Below the pieces are notes generated by a model. That model saw nothing but the letters and a program-made list of their open reading frames with translations. It made no database searches and was not told the origin of the DNA. A DNA stretch of 62,241 nt, the filler included, from Porpidia crustulata (Eukaryota), in the NCBI GenBank assembly GCA_964255105.1. It is 5 parts of 5 records of this genome, joined end to end, with 100 filler letters (N's around TTAATTAATTAA, not from the genome) between each part and the next. Parts side by side here need not be neighbours in the genome. Positions count along the whole stretch, not along the records: positions 24,962 to 37,336 come from CAXUWE010000542.1; positions 37,437 to 49,792 come from CAXUWE010000544.1; 3 more parts are not named here. The stretch is one strand, 5' to 3'. Made by a program: the position numbers and the translations under genes. This document shows, piece by piece, positions 25,854 through 38,052 of this stretch (the first letter of the stretch is position 1; each line of letters starts with the position of its first letter).

Positions 25854-26043
25854 CTCGTATTTGCCTAGCAACGAGCCAGTATCAGCAACGAACCACGCTA
25901 AGCCTGAAGGCTTGGGATTATGAAGATTTTAGGGTTAATTGAAGAATCTCGATGTGAAAGCTAACCTATTTCTCCACAACCTTAACCCTCAAGGCTAAGC
26001 ATGGCTCGTAGCTTATACTGGCTCGTTGCTGGGTAAATACGAG
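25854..26043. mobile_element. MITE (non-autonomous, Tc1/mariner-pogo type), 190 bp, ~57-bp imperfect terminal inverted repeats, TA target-site duplication
   Basis: Left end: TA|CTCGTATTTGCCTAGCAACGAGCCAGTATCAGC. Reverse complement of right end: TA|CTCGTATTTACCCAGCAACGAGCCAGTATAAGC (30/33 identical). Similarity continues ~24 nt further inward. TA flanks at 25852-25853 and 26044-26045; no coding capacity. Confidence 0.8.
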
Positions 26044-26224
26044 TACGCAACCAAAGTGTTCAAGTTCTATCATTCACTCTGGCCCGTAAAAAAAAAATAC
26101 CCCGCCACCCCGCTAGAATAGATCATGGTCGCGTCCGTAAGCATGATCTAGCGCACTCCTTGCTCATTCACATCCAACTTGAGATCAACAATCGTAGCAA
26201 CAACAAATACGGAACAACGTCACC

Positions 26225-27466
26225 ATGGTATTCAAGAAGCGCAAAGCAGATCAGGTAGAAGGAGATGCTGCTCCTGCGGCAAAGAGAGGGCGCGGACGTC
26301 CGCCAAAATCTGCATCTGAACCTGCATCGTCGGCACCTTCATCGTTGACTCAATCGAAACCACTGAAAGTTCAACCGACCGCGACTTCAGGCCGCCCAAA
26401 GAGAATTTTACCAGAGAATAAAACGCCGCAAACGTCGACGCGAAGTGCTATGAACGGAAGTGTAAGTAAGCCGGTATCCAAGTCTATCAAAACAACTGGG
26501 AACTCGAAAGCCAAAGCTGCGAAACCCATGGCGAAACCAGCGGCAAAAGAGAAAAAACCTGCAAAGAAGAGCAAAACCGGCCCGGTTGCTGTACCAGCAG
26601 CAAAAGTGAAGAAAGTTCCGAAAACGGCAAACGCGAGCCGTAGATTGACCAAGAGCCCACAAAAAGGAAGAAGAGATTCAAATATCTCAATCGAGATTCC
26701 CGACGTCTACACGACAACCGCCAATCATGTGAATGAAGCCGAAGATGACGAAGATCCAGAAGGTCCTGCCTACTGGCTCATGGAAGCTGAGCCTGAGTCA
26801 CGAATTGAGAAGGGCAAGGACGTCAAATTTTCGATTGATGATTTGCAGAACGCGACTGAACCAGAGGCATGGGATGGTGAGTCCCCAGATCTGCGAGATT
26901 TATAACGCAAAAGAAGACTTATTGACGATGTGTAGGTGTTCGTAATGCTTCAGGTTCGGGTTGAAATTTAAATGATACGGTGCTTTGCTAATCCTCCTGA
27001 CAGCCCGGAACAATATGAGAGCGATGATGAAAGGCGATCTGGCCTTTTTCTATCATTCCAACTGCAAGATTCCCGGTATCGTCGGTATCATGGAAATTGT
27101 TGAAGAGCATTCTGTAGACGGTAAGTGCCCCATGACAGGAAAAGCACTCCAGCATTGACATGAATCCTGGCCTTAGAGTCGGCCTTTGACCCTGGACATC
27201 CATATTATGACGAAAAGTCCACACGGGACAATCCCAAGTGGTGCTGCGTCAAGGTCGAGTATCGTCAGAAGTTTCCCGAGATCATCAAATTGAAGGAGCT
27301 ACAGGGCTTTGCAAAAGACGGCGGCACTCTAGCGAATATGCAGACTCTCAGAATGTCCCGTCTAAGTGTCTCCAAGGTAACGAAGAAGGAGTGGGACTTC
27401 ATCACAGGCTTGGTTGACCTCGATGATGGTGCAACATCGGCAGCCTTTCAGCCGTCTGTGGTATAG
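26225..27466 (+). CDS. AT-hook + EVE domain protein (THYN1-like), 4 exons
   Basis: AT-hook KRGRGRPPK. EVE domain YWLMEAEPESR...KFSIDDL...WDG/VRNAS/ARNNMRAMMKGDLAFFYHSNCKIPGIVG...AFDPGHPYYDEKS...RLSVSKVTKKEWDFI. Exons at ~26225-26876, 26936-26953, 27004-27120, 27177-27466. Confidence 0.9.
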
Positions 27467-27661
27467 TAAGCAGCTTTACGGGATGAGATGCGACAAATCT
27501 CAGCAGCCATAATTTACAGCGATGCACCGTCAGAGTCTTATGAGCAGTGTAGCTGAATAGACGTGGAACACTCTACTCGGCCACATCGATTGAGCACGAA
27601 GGTTTCGTGTTGAGGGATGAGTATCTGTCCTTTGTGCAGCCATCATGTTATATCCTCTTCG

Positions 27662-28372
27662 TCATAATCCTGGCCGAAGGGCATAGAATCGAACTGGGAA
27701 GAGGCCCTTTGGAAATCCCTTTTGTATTTCCGAAATGACGATCGTCAAGCCAGCTGCTTCAAAGAGCTTCCTGTAGCCACTGTCTGTTCTTGTGACGCCG
27801 TTGTCAACCTCGTCGAAGATGTCCTTCCCGTGTGGATCTGTACTCATGTTCTCCTTGACCACAATCCAGCCTCCTTCTGCAACGGCTGTCTTACACCTCT
27901 CGAAGTGTGTCACTAACTGCCTATCGGTAAGATAGCCCAAACACCATTGATTCCAAATGAGATCGTACTGGCCGTCTGGAATCCAGCTTTCCAGGCCTTC
28001 TATATATATTCTGCCTAATTTTCCAGTGCCAGTCATCTCCGCCTCCTTTATCGCCTCGGCGAACTTTTGAATCGGCTCAATCACATCGATAGTGTCACAG
28101 AATTTACTCAGAAAACCAGCAGTGACTCTTCCGATGCCAGCACCACAGTCAGCCCCTCTGGCGAACATTTCAAGGCTCGAGTCTGTTGCGTGCTGACGTC
28201 TGAGTTTCGTCAGGAAGTTTGCCGAGCCTCGCAAATCAATGCGTGAGATCTGAGGCAAGCCGCCTAGCATACCATGCACGGTAGGCGAGATTGAATTCCA
28301 GTAACCCATGTCGTTTGCAGAAGACATCTGCGAGTCTGTGGTGTCTTGGGTATCTTGTGGCGAGAGATGCAT
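27662..28372 (-). CDS. NTM1: Alpha-N-terminal protein methyltransferase
   Basis: YWNSISPTVHGMLGG, SAM motif DCGAGIGRVT, YDLIWNQWCLGYLTD, WIVVKENMST, FPVRFYAL. Start placed at the first ATG (28372); uncertain. Confidence 0.88.
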   Translation of the reverse strand: MHLSPQDTQDTTDSQMSSANDMGYWNSISPTVHGMLGGLPQISRIDLRGSANFLTKLRRQHATDSSLEMFARGADCGAGIGRVTAGFLSKFCDTIDVIEPIQKFAEAIKEAEMTGTGKLGRIYIEGLESWIPDGQYDLIWNQWCLGYLTDRQLVTHFERCKTAVAEGGWIVVKENMSTDPHGKDIFDEVDNGVTRTDSGYRKLFEAAGLTIVISEIQKGFPKGLFPVRFYALRPGL

Positions 28373-28778
28373 ATTCAAGCATGCCGTCGTGTGGTCTGCG
28401 GTTGCAGCCAATCGGATGAGAAATCTCCTAACCTCGGGCGAGAGAACGGGCTGCTAGGCTACACGGTTGGGCTGTCATGTCACGTCGGCTGTGTGGTCTT
28501 GCACTTCAAACTTGCTGTCTAGGTAGGTAGGTATATTGCGTGAGTACCTACCTCTCTTGGAACGATGTGGGGTCGCACAACGCCATTCCAAGACAGGAAA
28601 GTAGATGCCTCGGTCGTATCGGCGATTATTGATGTTTATCATCTTTACCCCTCCTTCCCTGATATCACATTGAGGTTCAGGTAATTGGAACTCTACTACA
28701 AATTCTTCTGCCTTGTGCCACAGCATCTTACAGCCTATCCAATCTTCGTTCTACCATCAAGTCAAAGCTTTTTCAAAC

Positions 28779-30401
28779 ATGTCTGACCTTTTCGTTGAGC
28801 TTACAGCCCCCAACGGCCGCAAATACAAGCAGCCTACTGGAATTTTCATCAACAATGAGTTTGTCAAGTCAAAGAAGGGAGAGATGATAACGAGCATCAA
28901 TCCGACGTAGGTTATTCCTCAGGCTTAATCTGGTTCTACGCTGACGTCTTCTCTCTATAGCGATGAGAAGGAGATCGCTTCAGTATATGCTGCCTCTGCC
29001 GACGATGGTAATTACTCGCGCTACCTATGACCTTTGTGTGAGACTATGGATATCTGATAGCTTCATACAGTCGACATCGCCGTTGCTGCAGCGCGTGCTG
29101 CATTCAAACATCCTTCTTGGCGAGATATGTCTTCAACAGACCGGGGTAACATGATGATGAAGCTCGCGGATTTAGTTGACGCCCACGCCGAGACCCTTGC
29201 CACAATCGAGACCTGGGATAATGGGAAACCCTACTCCGTTGCCCTAGGTGGGGACCTCGCAGAGGTCAGTGGTTGCCTCCGATACTACGGAGGCTACGCA
29301 GACAAGATCCATGGCCAGGTCATGAATACCCCTACCGCCAAATTTGCCTATACAATACGTGAGCCACTGGGTGTCTGCGGGCAAATCATTCCATGGAATT
29401 TTCCGCTTGCCATGGCGGCTTGGAAGCTTGGTCCTGCGCTAGCGTGTGGAAATACTGTTGTCATAAAAGCTGCCGAACAGACTCCTCTTAGCATCTTGTA
29501 TTTCGCAACCCTTGTCAAAGAGGTCGGTTTCCCTCCTGGTGTCGTCAACATCCTCAACGGCTACGGTAAAGATGCTGGTGCGGCCATTGCCTCTCATCTG
29601 GACATCGACAAGATCGCCTTCACCGGCTCCACGGCCACAGCTCGCCAGATCATGAAAATGGCCGCCGTCAACCTTAAAAACATCACACTCGAAACCGGCG
29701 GCAAATCACCCCTCCTCGTTTTCGAAGACGCCGACCTCGAACAAGCCCTCAAATGGAGCCACGTTGGTATCATGTCGAACATGGGCCAAATCTGCACCGC
29801 CACCTCCCGCATCTTTGTTCAAGACACCATCTACGACAGCTTCGTCGCCGGTTTCAAAAAAACCGTCCACGAAGTCTCCAAAATCGGCGATCCCTTCCAA
29901 GACGACACGTTCCAGGGCCCGCAAGTTACAAAGCAGCAGTACGAACGCGTCCTGTCCTACATCGACTCGGGCAAATCCGAAGGCGCCACCCTGCTGACCG
30001 GCGGCGAACCGCACAAAAACGCCAACGGCAAGGGCTTCTTCATCGCCCCGACCGTCTTCACCGACGTCAAGGACAACATGCGCATCTACCGCGAAGAGGT
30101 CTTCGGCCCCTTCGTCATCATCAGCTCCTTCAAGACCGAGGCCGAGGCCCTCGAGCGCGCCAACGACACCACCTACGGCCTCGGCAGCGCCGTCTTCACC
30201 CGTGACCTGGAGCGGGCGCACCGCGTGGCGCGCGGTATCGAGGCGGGCATGGTGTGGGTGAACAGCAGCAACGATGAGGATTATCGCGTTCCGTTCGGCG
30301 GCGTCAAGCAGAGCGGGATCGGCCGGGAGCTGGGAGAGGAAGGGTTGAAGGCGTATACGAATGCGAAGGCCGTGCATATCAACATGGGGACGAAGTTGTA
30401 G
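28779..30401 (+). CDS. NAD(P)+-dependent aldehyde dehydrogenase, 3 exons
   Basis: GQIIPWNFPL, IAFTGST, LETGGKSP (catalytic Glu), GQICTATSR (catalytic Cys), EEVFGP, PFGGVKQSGIGRELG. Exons at ~28779-28906, 28961-29006, 29071-30401. Confidence 0.96.
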
Positions 30402-31154
30402 ATGTTGTAGGGACCGGGGTTCGTGGTAGGTGCCGAGGAAAGGGGGATCGGGGGCGAAGGTTGGGAGCGGGAGTCGAGGAGGAAATCACAATGGAAGGAA
30501 ATGAAAAGGTTCAGGCTGTTGGGCATTGCGTAGATTTCAGAGATCTTGCATCCATGTCGCTAGAATTCGATTGACGATAGCGATAGCCAGGCATGCTCCG
30601 GTCATTTGGAATGAAATATTTACGACGAAAATGACACGGCCATTTCTCAAATATGTCTTAAGTGCGATCAATTGATCCAAGACCAACGGTATCCAAGAGC
30701 CTTATCACCCAACCTCGAATTCCTCCCCTACGATTCCCTCCCAGATTGACCTGACCGGAACCGATGCTGCTCAGCCACCGCTTCTGTAGCGGTGGGAGGC
30801 GTTGGGTGGAGCACGGTTGTTTTTGGGGGTTATTTTATCGAGGGGAAGTCCGGTGGCATTGGGGTAGCGGGAATTTCGTGATGACGTTCATGCGCGCATG
30901 GTTGCGGGTAGTGCATTTCCTTGTTATTGGTGATATCGGTCGTCGTCGTCGTCTGCTTGTTGGAGACTTCTTTCTTGCTGATTGAAAGAGGACGATGAGG
31001 TTTCGGGGATAGGTAGGTGGGCCGGGTTGAAATAGGAGCTGGTGCGGCGCTGCGGCTCGTCTGGGGGTTAGGAGGCTGTTGGAAGTGGTGCGAGGTAGTT
31101 TTGCTTTGCGAAGCGGTAGAGACTCATTTTTGGAAATTTCGGATCCAGGATATC

Positions 31155-32846
31155 TCAATCCATAATCTCGCTCGCAAAGTTGCTCCTCGCCCTGATTCTC
31201 GGGCCGTAAAAGACCAACACCCACGGCACGATCGTCAGCACCGCTCCCACACCCCCCAGGAAGCTTGACGCCCCCGCAAACGTCATGCGGTGGAACATCG
31301 CGGCCGTGACCAAGGGAAACACGCCGCCGAGCATGTTCCGGCAAAACGACTGCGCCGCCAGCGCCGAGCTGGCGTAGCGGTGGTACGTGTCGGCGAGGTA
31401 GTTGAAGACGGCGAGGTAGATGGAGAAGATGCCCATGGTGGCGCAGCCGAGGGCGAGGGCGGGGACAATCCAGTGGATGGAGGGGAAGGCAGTCCAGCCG
31501 AACCAGAAGAGGCCGATGGGCATGAGGGCGCTCTCGATGCAGCTGAAGTAGAGGCGGCCTTCGGGCGTGGCGGAGATTTTGCCGTAGTGGCGGGCGATTT
31601 TCTCTTGGTAGATGCTCAGGGCCGTGGAGAGGATGGCGCCAGCGCACATGGCGGCGAAGACGGCGCCGCTCTGTTGGGTGTTGAAGTTGTGGTTCGTGCT
31701 GAAGACGAGGGGGATGGAGGAGAAGGTTAGGTAGAGGACGGCCCAGCTGAAGGAGACCCAGAGGGAGAAGAAGAAGACGACGGACTCTGTGAGGAGGAGG
31801 TGGAAGGGGCGGTAAATGGAGATGCCGATCATTTTTGCGAGGCTCTCACGTTCTTCGTCGGATTTGACTTTCCATCTGATTCTCTGGCTTTCTTTTTTCA
31901 TCCCCTCGCCGCCGCCGACAGGCATGTCGAACCCTACAAAGCCGAGCTTTTCTCGTGCTTCGTACCAATTATTCAGAAGAGCTGCTCGGCGGCTGAGAAG
32001 CACGCTGCCGCGAGTTTCCTTGAAGAACACGATCACCAAAAAGATAAGAAAGCCACAAGTCATGACTTGAACGTAAAAAACCCAGCGCCAAGAGATGTGC
32101 TGAGCTATGAATCCGGAACAGAGGGGTCCTAGACCGGTACCGAGTAAGGCAGCTCCGGAGAACAAAGCCATCGGAGTATTCCTGTCCTGTGTATGGTAAA
32201 TGTCGGCGACGACACCACCAACCATAGTGGAAAAGGTACTTCCGCCCACTCCTGCAAAGAACCTTGCCACCAGCATCCCGGGAAATGAGCGAGTGACTGC
32301 ACAGCACAGCTGGCAAATCACAAAGAGAATCCCTGTGACCACGAAGACTGGTTTCCTTCCATTGAGCTCGGAGAAAGGTGCCAGGACCATGGGAGCTATC
32401 GCGAAGCCGGTGGTGAAAGTCGTGATACCCACTAGGACCGCTATCTCGCTGACGTGCCAGTATTGAGATAATTGAAACGATGCAGAGCTGTAGGATCCTG
32501 CTGTATAGGCGGTGACAACAGTCACAGCACAAGAGAGCCACGTAGTAAAGGTCTTCTGGGACTCGGGCCAGGTGAAAGGGGATTCATAATTCTTTAGATC
32601 CGGTGCCTCTGGGGCGAATCCATAGCTGTCCTCTGGCGCCGTCAAGCGTGATGGCGTTGGTAACTCAGTCTCAAACGTCAGATAATGGTATGCGACGGGT
32701 CTGTCGTCCTGCTTTGCTGATAATGTGGATGGGACTCCCTCCTCAACGGTTTTCTCACCATTGGGATGCTGTGAGCCCACGCCAATTATGTCATGATCTG
32801 CAAATTCAGAAGGCTCAATTGGGAGTTTTATCTCTGGTGAAGCCAT
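31155..32846 (-). CDS. MFS transporter, DHA1 (12-TM drug:H+ antiporter) family
   Basis: Single 563-aa ORF with APFSELNGRKPV, ARFFAGVGGS, WRWVF, PEGRL, NYLADTYHRYASSALA and about 12 hydrophobic segments. Confidence 0.93.
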   Translation of the reverse strand: MASPEIKLPIEPSEFADHDIIGVGSQHPNGEKTVEEGVPSTLSAKQDDRPVAYHYLTFETELPTPSRLTAPEDSYGFAPEAPDLKNYESPFTWPESQKTFTTWLSCAVTVVTAYTAGSYSSASFQLSQYWHVSEIAVLVGITTFTTGFAIAPMVLAPFSELNGRKPVFVVTGILFVICQLCCAVTRSFPGMLVARFFAGVGGSTFSTMVGGVVADIYHTQDRNTPMALFSGAALLGTGLGPLCSGFIAQHISWRWVFYVQVMTCGFLIFLVIVFFKETRGSVLLSRRAALLNNWYEAREKLGFVGFDMPVGGGEGMKKESQRIRWKVKSDEERESLAKMIGISIYRPFHLLLTESVVFFFSLWVSFSWAVLYLTFSSIPLVFSTNHNFNTQQSGAVFAAMCAGAILSTALSIYQEKIARHYGKISATPEGRLYFSCIESALMPIGLFWFGWTAFPSIHWIVPALALGCATMGIFSIYLAVFNYLADTYHRYASSALAAQSFCRNMLGGVFPLVTAAMFHRMTFAGASSFLGGVGAVLTIVPWVLVFYGPRIRARSNFASEIMD

Positions 32847-33258
32847 GACGGGGAAATTGCCGCCACGGAAGTGAATTTTGATTGAGTGAAAAGAATGAGG
32901 ACATGTCTGGACTGAACACCAAACTGAGATTAAAAGTAATTAAGAGCCATTCTATGGAAAACTAGGTAGAGCTACGGCTAGATTGGAAATTCATCACACC
33001 CACCGCCGGCAGAAGTGTGCCGGACCAGTCCTGGAGATCATCAGCAGGGGTTCGTTGAATCTTTGGGGATGGGGGATATCCTCAGCCAAATAGTGATCCC
33101 ATCTTCTCGACATGTCCAATCTACCTCCCAACTCGCCAGTAGGTAGAAATGAGTGATAATGAAGTTTTATCTGGAATCTCCAGTGAGGAAATTTACGATA
33201 GGAGACATTACTTGCAGTATTCTCCTCGTCTATTCTTTCATGGTCACACTGAATGGGA

Positions 33259-33360
33259 TGACGTCACTTGAATGGTTCACTACCGTCATTGTCAGCCAAT
33301 CACATGCATTCTGCCGGTAGGCGGTCGGCCTTGCGTATTGCGTGCTCGACTCGGTATATA
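33259..33360 (+). promoter_or_regulatory. Candidate stress-responsive promoter of the peroxiredoxin: CRE/ATF site, CCAAT box, TATA-like element
   Basis: Perfect TGACGTCA at 33259-33266, CCAAT at 33296-33300 and TATATA at 33355-33360, in canonical order 125-225 nt upstream of the ATG at 33485. Confidence 0.5.
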
Positions 33361-33484
33361 TTGGCGAATGTTGATAAGCGCTGTCTCCTCATCAGAAAGT
33401 TTGCCTCGTCGCTCTCAAATCCTGCACGACTTTCCATAAAGCCCCCCTCGAAAACATCCAACAATAATAGAACAAGCTACAAAC

Positions 33485-34430
33485 ATGTCCTCTCACGACG
33501 AACGCCCTGCCCCGTGAGTCCAAAGCTACGACAGAAACTCCTTGGACGTGGTCGAGTTTCTTCATGGGCAGCAGCTAATGGGTGCTAAGCCTGCGTCTTG
33601 GTTCCATCGCACCCAATTTCAAGGCCGAAACTACACAAGGGCCGATCGATTTCCACGAGTTCATTGGCGATAAGTGGGTTGTGCTGTTCTCGCATCCGGA
33701 AGATTATACACCAGTGTGCGTATGCCAAAGTCATCGGTCAGATCTCCAATGAGTTGATCGAAACCCACAGATGCACCACTGAGCTTGGCGCCTTTGCGAA
33801 GCTTGAGCCTGAATTCACCAGCCGTGGTGTCAAATTGATCGGACTGTCAGCCAACACTGTCGAGAGCCATGGCGGCTGGGTGAAAGATATCGATGAGATA
33901 TCTGGAAGCAGGCTCAAGTTTCCAATCATTGGCGATAAGGTAGAAGTAGATTGTGACGAAGACACGCGATATTTATGCTGATAATTGTCATCGAAATATA
34001 GGAAAGAAAAGTAGCCTACGCATATGATATGCTTGACCACCAGGACATCACCAATGTTGACCAAAAGGGTATTGCTTTCACCATTCGAAGTGTGTTCATC
34101 ATCGACCCGAAGAAAACCATCCGCCTCATTCTGTCCTACCCGGCGTCAACTGGCCGCAACACCGCTGAAGTGCTGCGTGTGGTGGACAGTCTGCAGACCG
34201 GCGACAAGCACAAAGTCACCACTCCCATTAATTGGGTACCAGGTGAGTTCTGTTTGATAGTAGTAGATGATAGATGGACCTTGCTGATTGTAGTCATAGG
34301 TGACGACGTTATCGTACACCCCTCAGTCAAGACCGAGCAAGCGAAAGGGATATGGCCTGAGATGAAAATCGTCAAGCCATATCTCCGCTTTACACCCCTG
34401 CCCAAGGACAAGACAAGCGCAGCGGTTTAA
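33485..34430 (+). CDS. PRX1: 1-Cys peroxiredoxin (Prx6/PRX1 family), 5 exons
   Basis: Spliced LRLGSIAPNFKAETTQGPIDFHEFIGDKWVVLFSHPEDYTPV/CTTELG (the PVCTTE motif spans an intron), YPASTGRNTAEVLRVVDSLQ, TPINW, KPYLRFT. Confidence 0.95.
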
Positions 34431-35240
34431 AGGGGTATAATGGGTCAAGTAGAATTCTGGCGCATGGTTGAAGGTGATTCGAGCGTGGTGTTGCACATAG
34501 CTCTTAGCGTTCGCCCGAAGTGGCAGCTCTATTAAGCGTTTCGCCGTTCGATACGTTGCTGCCTTTTTGAGGCGTCACACTTTGCCAATTGTTTATGAGA
34601 TACTGCGTAGACCTGACAACATTGCCCGTCAGACAGAGAATTTTTTAAGTTGTCATACTTTAAGGATTGTCGACTAGAGCGGGTCTGGATCTAGGTACGG
34701 GATACCTCAATCCGTTAGCCTCGGCAGAGCACATTCGCTAAACGGGCTCGAGTCGGCATTGTGGAGAAACGCAAGAGAAAAGAATTTGAGAGTCAATACG
34801 CGGAACGAGAATCAACATCAACGTATAACGAGTCAAGCCGTTCGTACCACCTCCCTTGCAGAGACACTTTGGTTGTGCAAACTGCTTCTCCGTGGCACGA
34901 CGTAAGGAGTTTCCGACTGCATCCTCGATCAATTGCAGTGCAACCGCATGTGTAACTTCTGCTTCTTTGGTGCGCAAGGGTCTTAGACGTACATCCGTCG
35001 TAACGTCGGCAGCCGCGACACGAGTTGTAGCTTCCATGGACGGAATGCTCGCACTTACTCCATTTGTCAGTGTGAAACGTATCTGACCGAAAGGTAGGGA
35101 CAGTGAATCCCTGCTCTGGTCGAGGGTTGGAAATATGTGCTGGTGTTGTTCTTTATGTCCAGGGGGCCCTCTTCCAGACACCCTTTTTCGTCTCTTTGCT
35201 TTAATTGTCGTTCTGTAAAAGCATTCTAGAGGAAGATCCA

Positions 35241-37336
35241 ATGCTCACGATGATCTCTATAGGTGCTCAGCGCTCCGATTGGGCACCGAAGCCTCCGGTA
35301 GCACACAGATTCGGCCACAGCGATCTCCAAAAGATCTGGCCAGGAGGAACACCTGCCACATCCAACCCTCCAAACATCACCGAAAAACCCTTATTCTCCC
35401 CCAAGAGTCCTGAAACCTTACGGTCTCTAGGATTGGGCCCTCGATCGAATAATACCTCGTCAGTTGGCATTTCTCGCAAGTCCAGCTCGAGTAAGCGCAG
35501 GCCTAGGCATGTGCCCATTGTATTATCCCACAATATCATCACGTCTGTGCTGAGTGGCTTTCCCGACTCGCCGAACTCTCAAGAGGACGAACGCAGATCA
35601 AGTTCGCCTTCGACCTTGGGATCTGAAAAGTACAAAAACGGCACGATACAGAGCCATAAAGCAAGGCATCGACCCATTCTGATACCTGCTTTTGCGCAGC
35701 CTCACGGTCTTCTCCCGCCCACACCCTCGGCAAGCGAAAATAATACCCCACGAGCGTCACCCAAATCGCCCTTTTCGTGCGAGCAGATATTCTTGAAAAT
35801 GTCACGCCCTCCTACCAGTGATGGCAGAACAAGCACCTTAGACTCGAGTATATCAGTGCCATCACCAGAGCAAATGTACAGAGGAAACTTCCAGCCATCT
35901 TCGACAACATACCTTGCAGACATGAACAGCAGCCAATCGAGCCTGAACCAGATAGCCCAAGAGGAGCGCTCAAGCGCGGATCTAGCTTCGAGGCCACCGA
36001 GATCTGGCGAGACCGCTTCATATCCCGTGGCACAGTCGGCAGCACCGGGCCAACGGTCCCAGCCGACGAGTGGAACCACAAATCTGTCGGGCTTGGTGTG
36101 CAATGTACATAGAAGCACTGGCAAAGAACCGCATGCACTGGTTGGAGCAACCACGACAATTCTGGGCGATAAGCTATATGTATTCGGAGGCCGCGTAGTC
36201 TCACGGCGGCGGCCACAGCTGACTTCGGATCTGTATGAATTGGACCTTGTGCGACGGCATTGGACAAGGGTCGAAATGATGGGGGATATTCCACCACCAA
36301 GGTATTTCCATAGCGTCTGTACTTTGGGCGACACCAAAATGATATGCTACGGTGGAATGTCACCTGCATCTCCCAATTCAAATCATGCGCAAAGTGATGC
36401 GAACCAACAGGCCAATGGCTCCGAACAACTGCCAGCAGTTTCAGTGATGTCCGACATCCATATTTATGATGCCCCTACACGAACGTGGACGTACATAGCT
36501 ACTACAGATACACCGCAAGGAAGATATGCCCATTGTGCGGCAGTATTGCCATCGTCGGCTACTTTCACCTCCGCACACGCTCCCATGTCTGCTATACATC
36601 ATAATCCGGCTTCCACAAACCCAAACCAGGGATCAATCGGTGTTGCTCTTGATGGAACAGGAGGTGCTGAAATGGTCGTTGTTGGAGGCCAAGACAGTGC
36701 AAATCACTACATCGAGCAGATTAATGTCTTTAATCTAAGAAGCCTTAAATGGACCGCCACGCATACTCTTGGAAGAAGCTGTGGTGCCTATCGGAGTGTC
36801 GTTGCTCCTCTCACGAGTATGCCAGCTTCGAAGATTGGCAAAGGTCCAGCCTCAGAGTCTGCCACCGCACAAACAACACGGACTTCAGATCCAGCGGACG
36901 CGGGTTCTTGCATGCTGATATACTCGAATTACAATTTTTTAGATGTCAAGCTGGAGCTTCAAGTACGTTTAGCAGACGGTTCTTTGGTTGAGAAGCCAAT
37001 GAATGGGCAGTTTTCACCGCCTGGTTTGCGGTTCCCAAATGGCGGCGTGCTCGACAATCATTTTGTTGTCAGTGGAACGTACTTGACCTCATCGAAACAA
37101 GAATACGCTTTATGGGCTCTTGATTTATTAACACTGACTTGGAGCCGTATCGACGCCGGAGGTAGTGTTTTCAGCCAAGGAAGCTGGAATAGGGGGCTAC
37201 TGTGGGGTCGTCGAAACACCTTCGTAATCTTGGGCAATCGAAAACGAAGCCTTGTAGAGGACTATAATCATCGGCGCATCAACTTCTCCAATATTTGCAT
37301 GGTCGAATTAGAGGCTTTTGGTCTGTACGACAATCC
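35241..37336 (+). CDS. ral2: Kelch-repeat protein of the Ral2/Mds3/Pmd1 type, 3'-truncated by contig end (the expected C-terminal BTB region is absent)
   Basis: LSGLVCNVHRSTGKEPHALVGATTTILGDKLYVFGGR, PPPRYFHS, PQGRYAH, SNYNFLDVKLELQ, PPGLRFPNG, YNHRRINFS. Start uncertain (ATG 35241 or 35799). Confidence 0.82.
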
Positions 37337-37436
37337 NNNNNNNNNNNNNNNNNNNNNNNNNNNNNNNNNNNNNNNNNNNNTTAATTAATTAANNNNNNNN
37401 NNNNNNNNNNNNNNNNNNNNNNNNNNNNNNNNNNNN
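37337..37436. other. Artificial contig-joining spacer
   Basis: N44-TTAATTAATTAA-N44. Confidence 0.98.
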
Positions 37437-38052
37437 CCCCACACCCTTCATCACCCTACATCTCTCACCAAATCCTCCTCCCACTCCTTAACCACCCCTG
37501 AAAAAAAGGCGCAACCACAAACCAAAACCCCCCCAAAAAAAGGAAGAGTACCTAGATAAAGCGGAAAAAAAGAAGAAGAAAGAAGAAAAAACCGGGGGCA
37601 ACAGATTTATATATAAAAAAATTCCTAGAAAAGGATACACTACTCGAAGGGACCAGATAGTGATAGACAGGGAGATGATGAAATAGTAAATAGTATCCTA
37701 CGACCGACTCCTTTCACAACCCCATATCGCAGGCCCCAGAGCCCCTATTCAAGTATTATCAAACCCACTAGATGCTTAAGTCATTGCACTTCATCACCAT
37801 CACCACATCCGCTCAAGACATCCAATAATCATCCATCATTCCTACCTAAGGCTAATCTAACCCCGAGAAGCTCATCTTTCCTAAACGAACAAAAAACCAC
37901 GCATCTGAACACACAACAGCCTTTCCGTCATTCCCATCCTACTTGCTACTCATACTCGTGGTACTCCCTCTCACCTGCATATCTAACCTACCGCCACCTC
38001 TTCCCATTGCAAAGTCTCCCGCAAATACACTTCCCCTGGCCATCGCACATCC

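Noticed and set aside
13024..28372. Chromatin/methylation 'cluster' (MIT1, MRM1, EVE, NTM1)
   Set aside because: These are ordinary conserved genes split over two unrelated contigs.
29706..31730. Long overlapping or antisense ORFs (29706..30377, 29753..30205, 30835..31647, 31290..31730; also 49902..50462)
   Set aside because: Shadow ORFs caused by extreme GC3 in the real genes; no recognisable domains.
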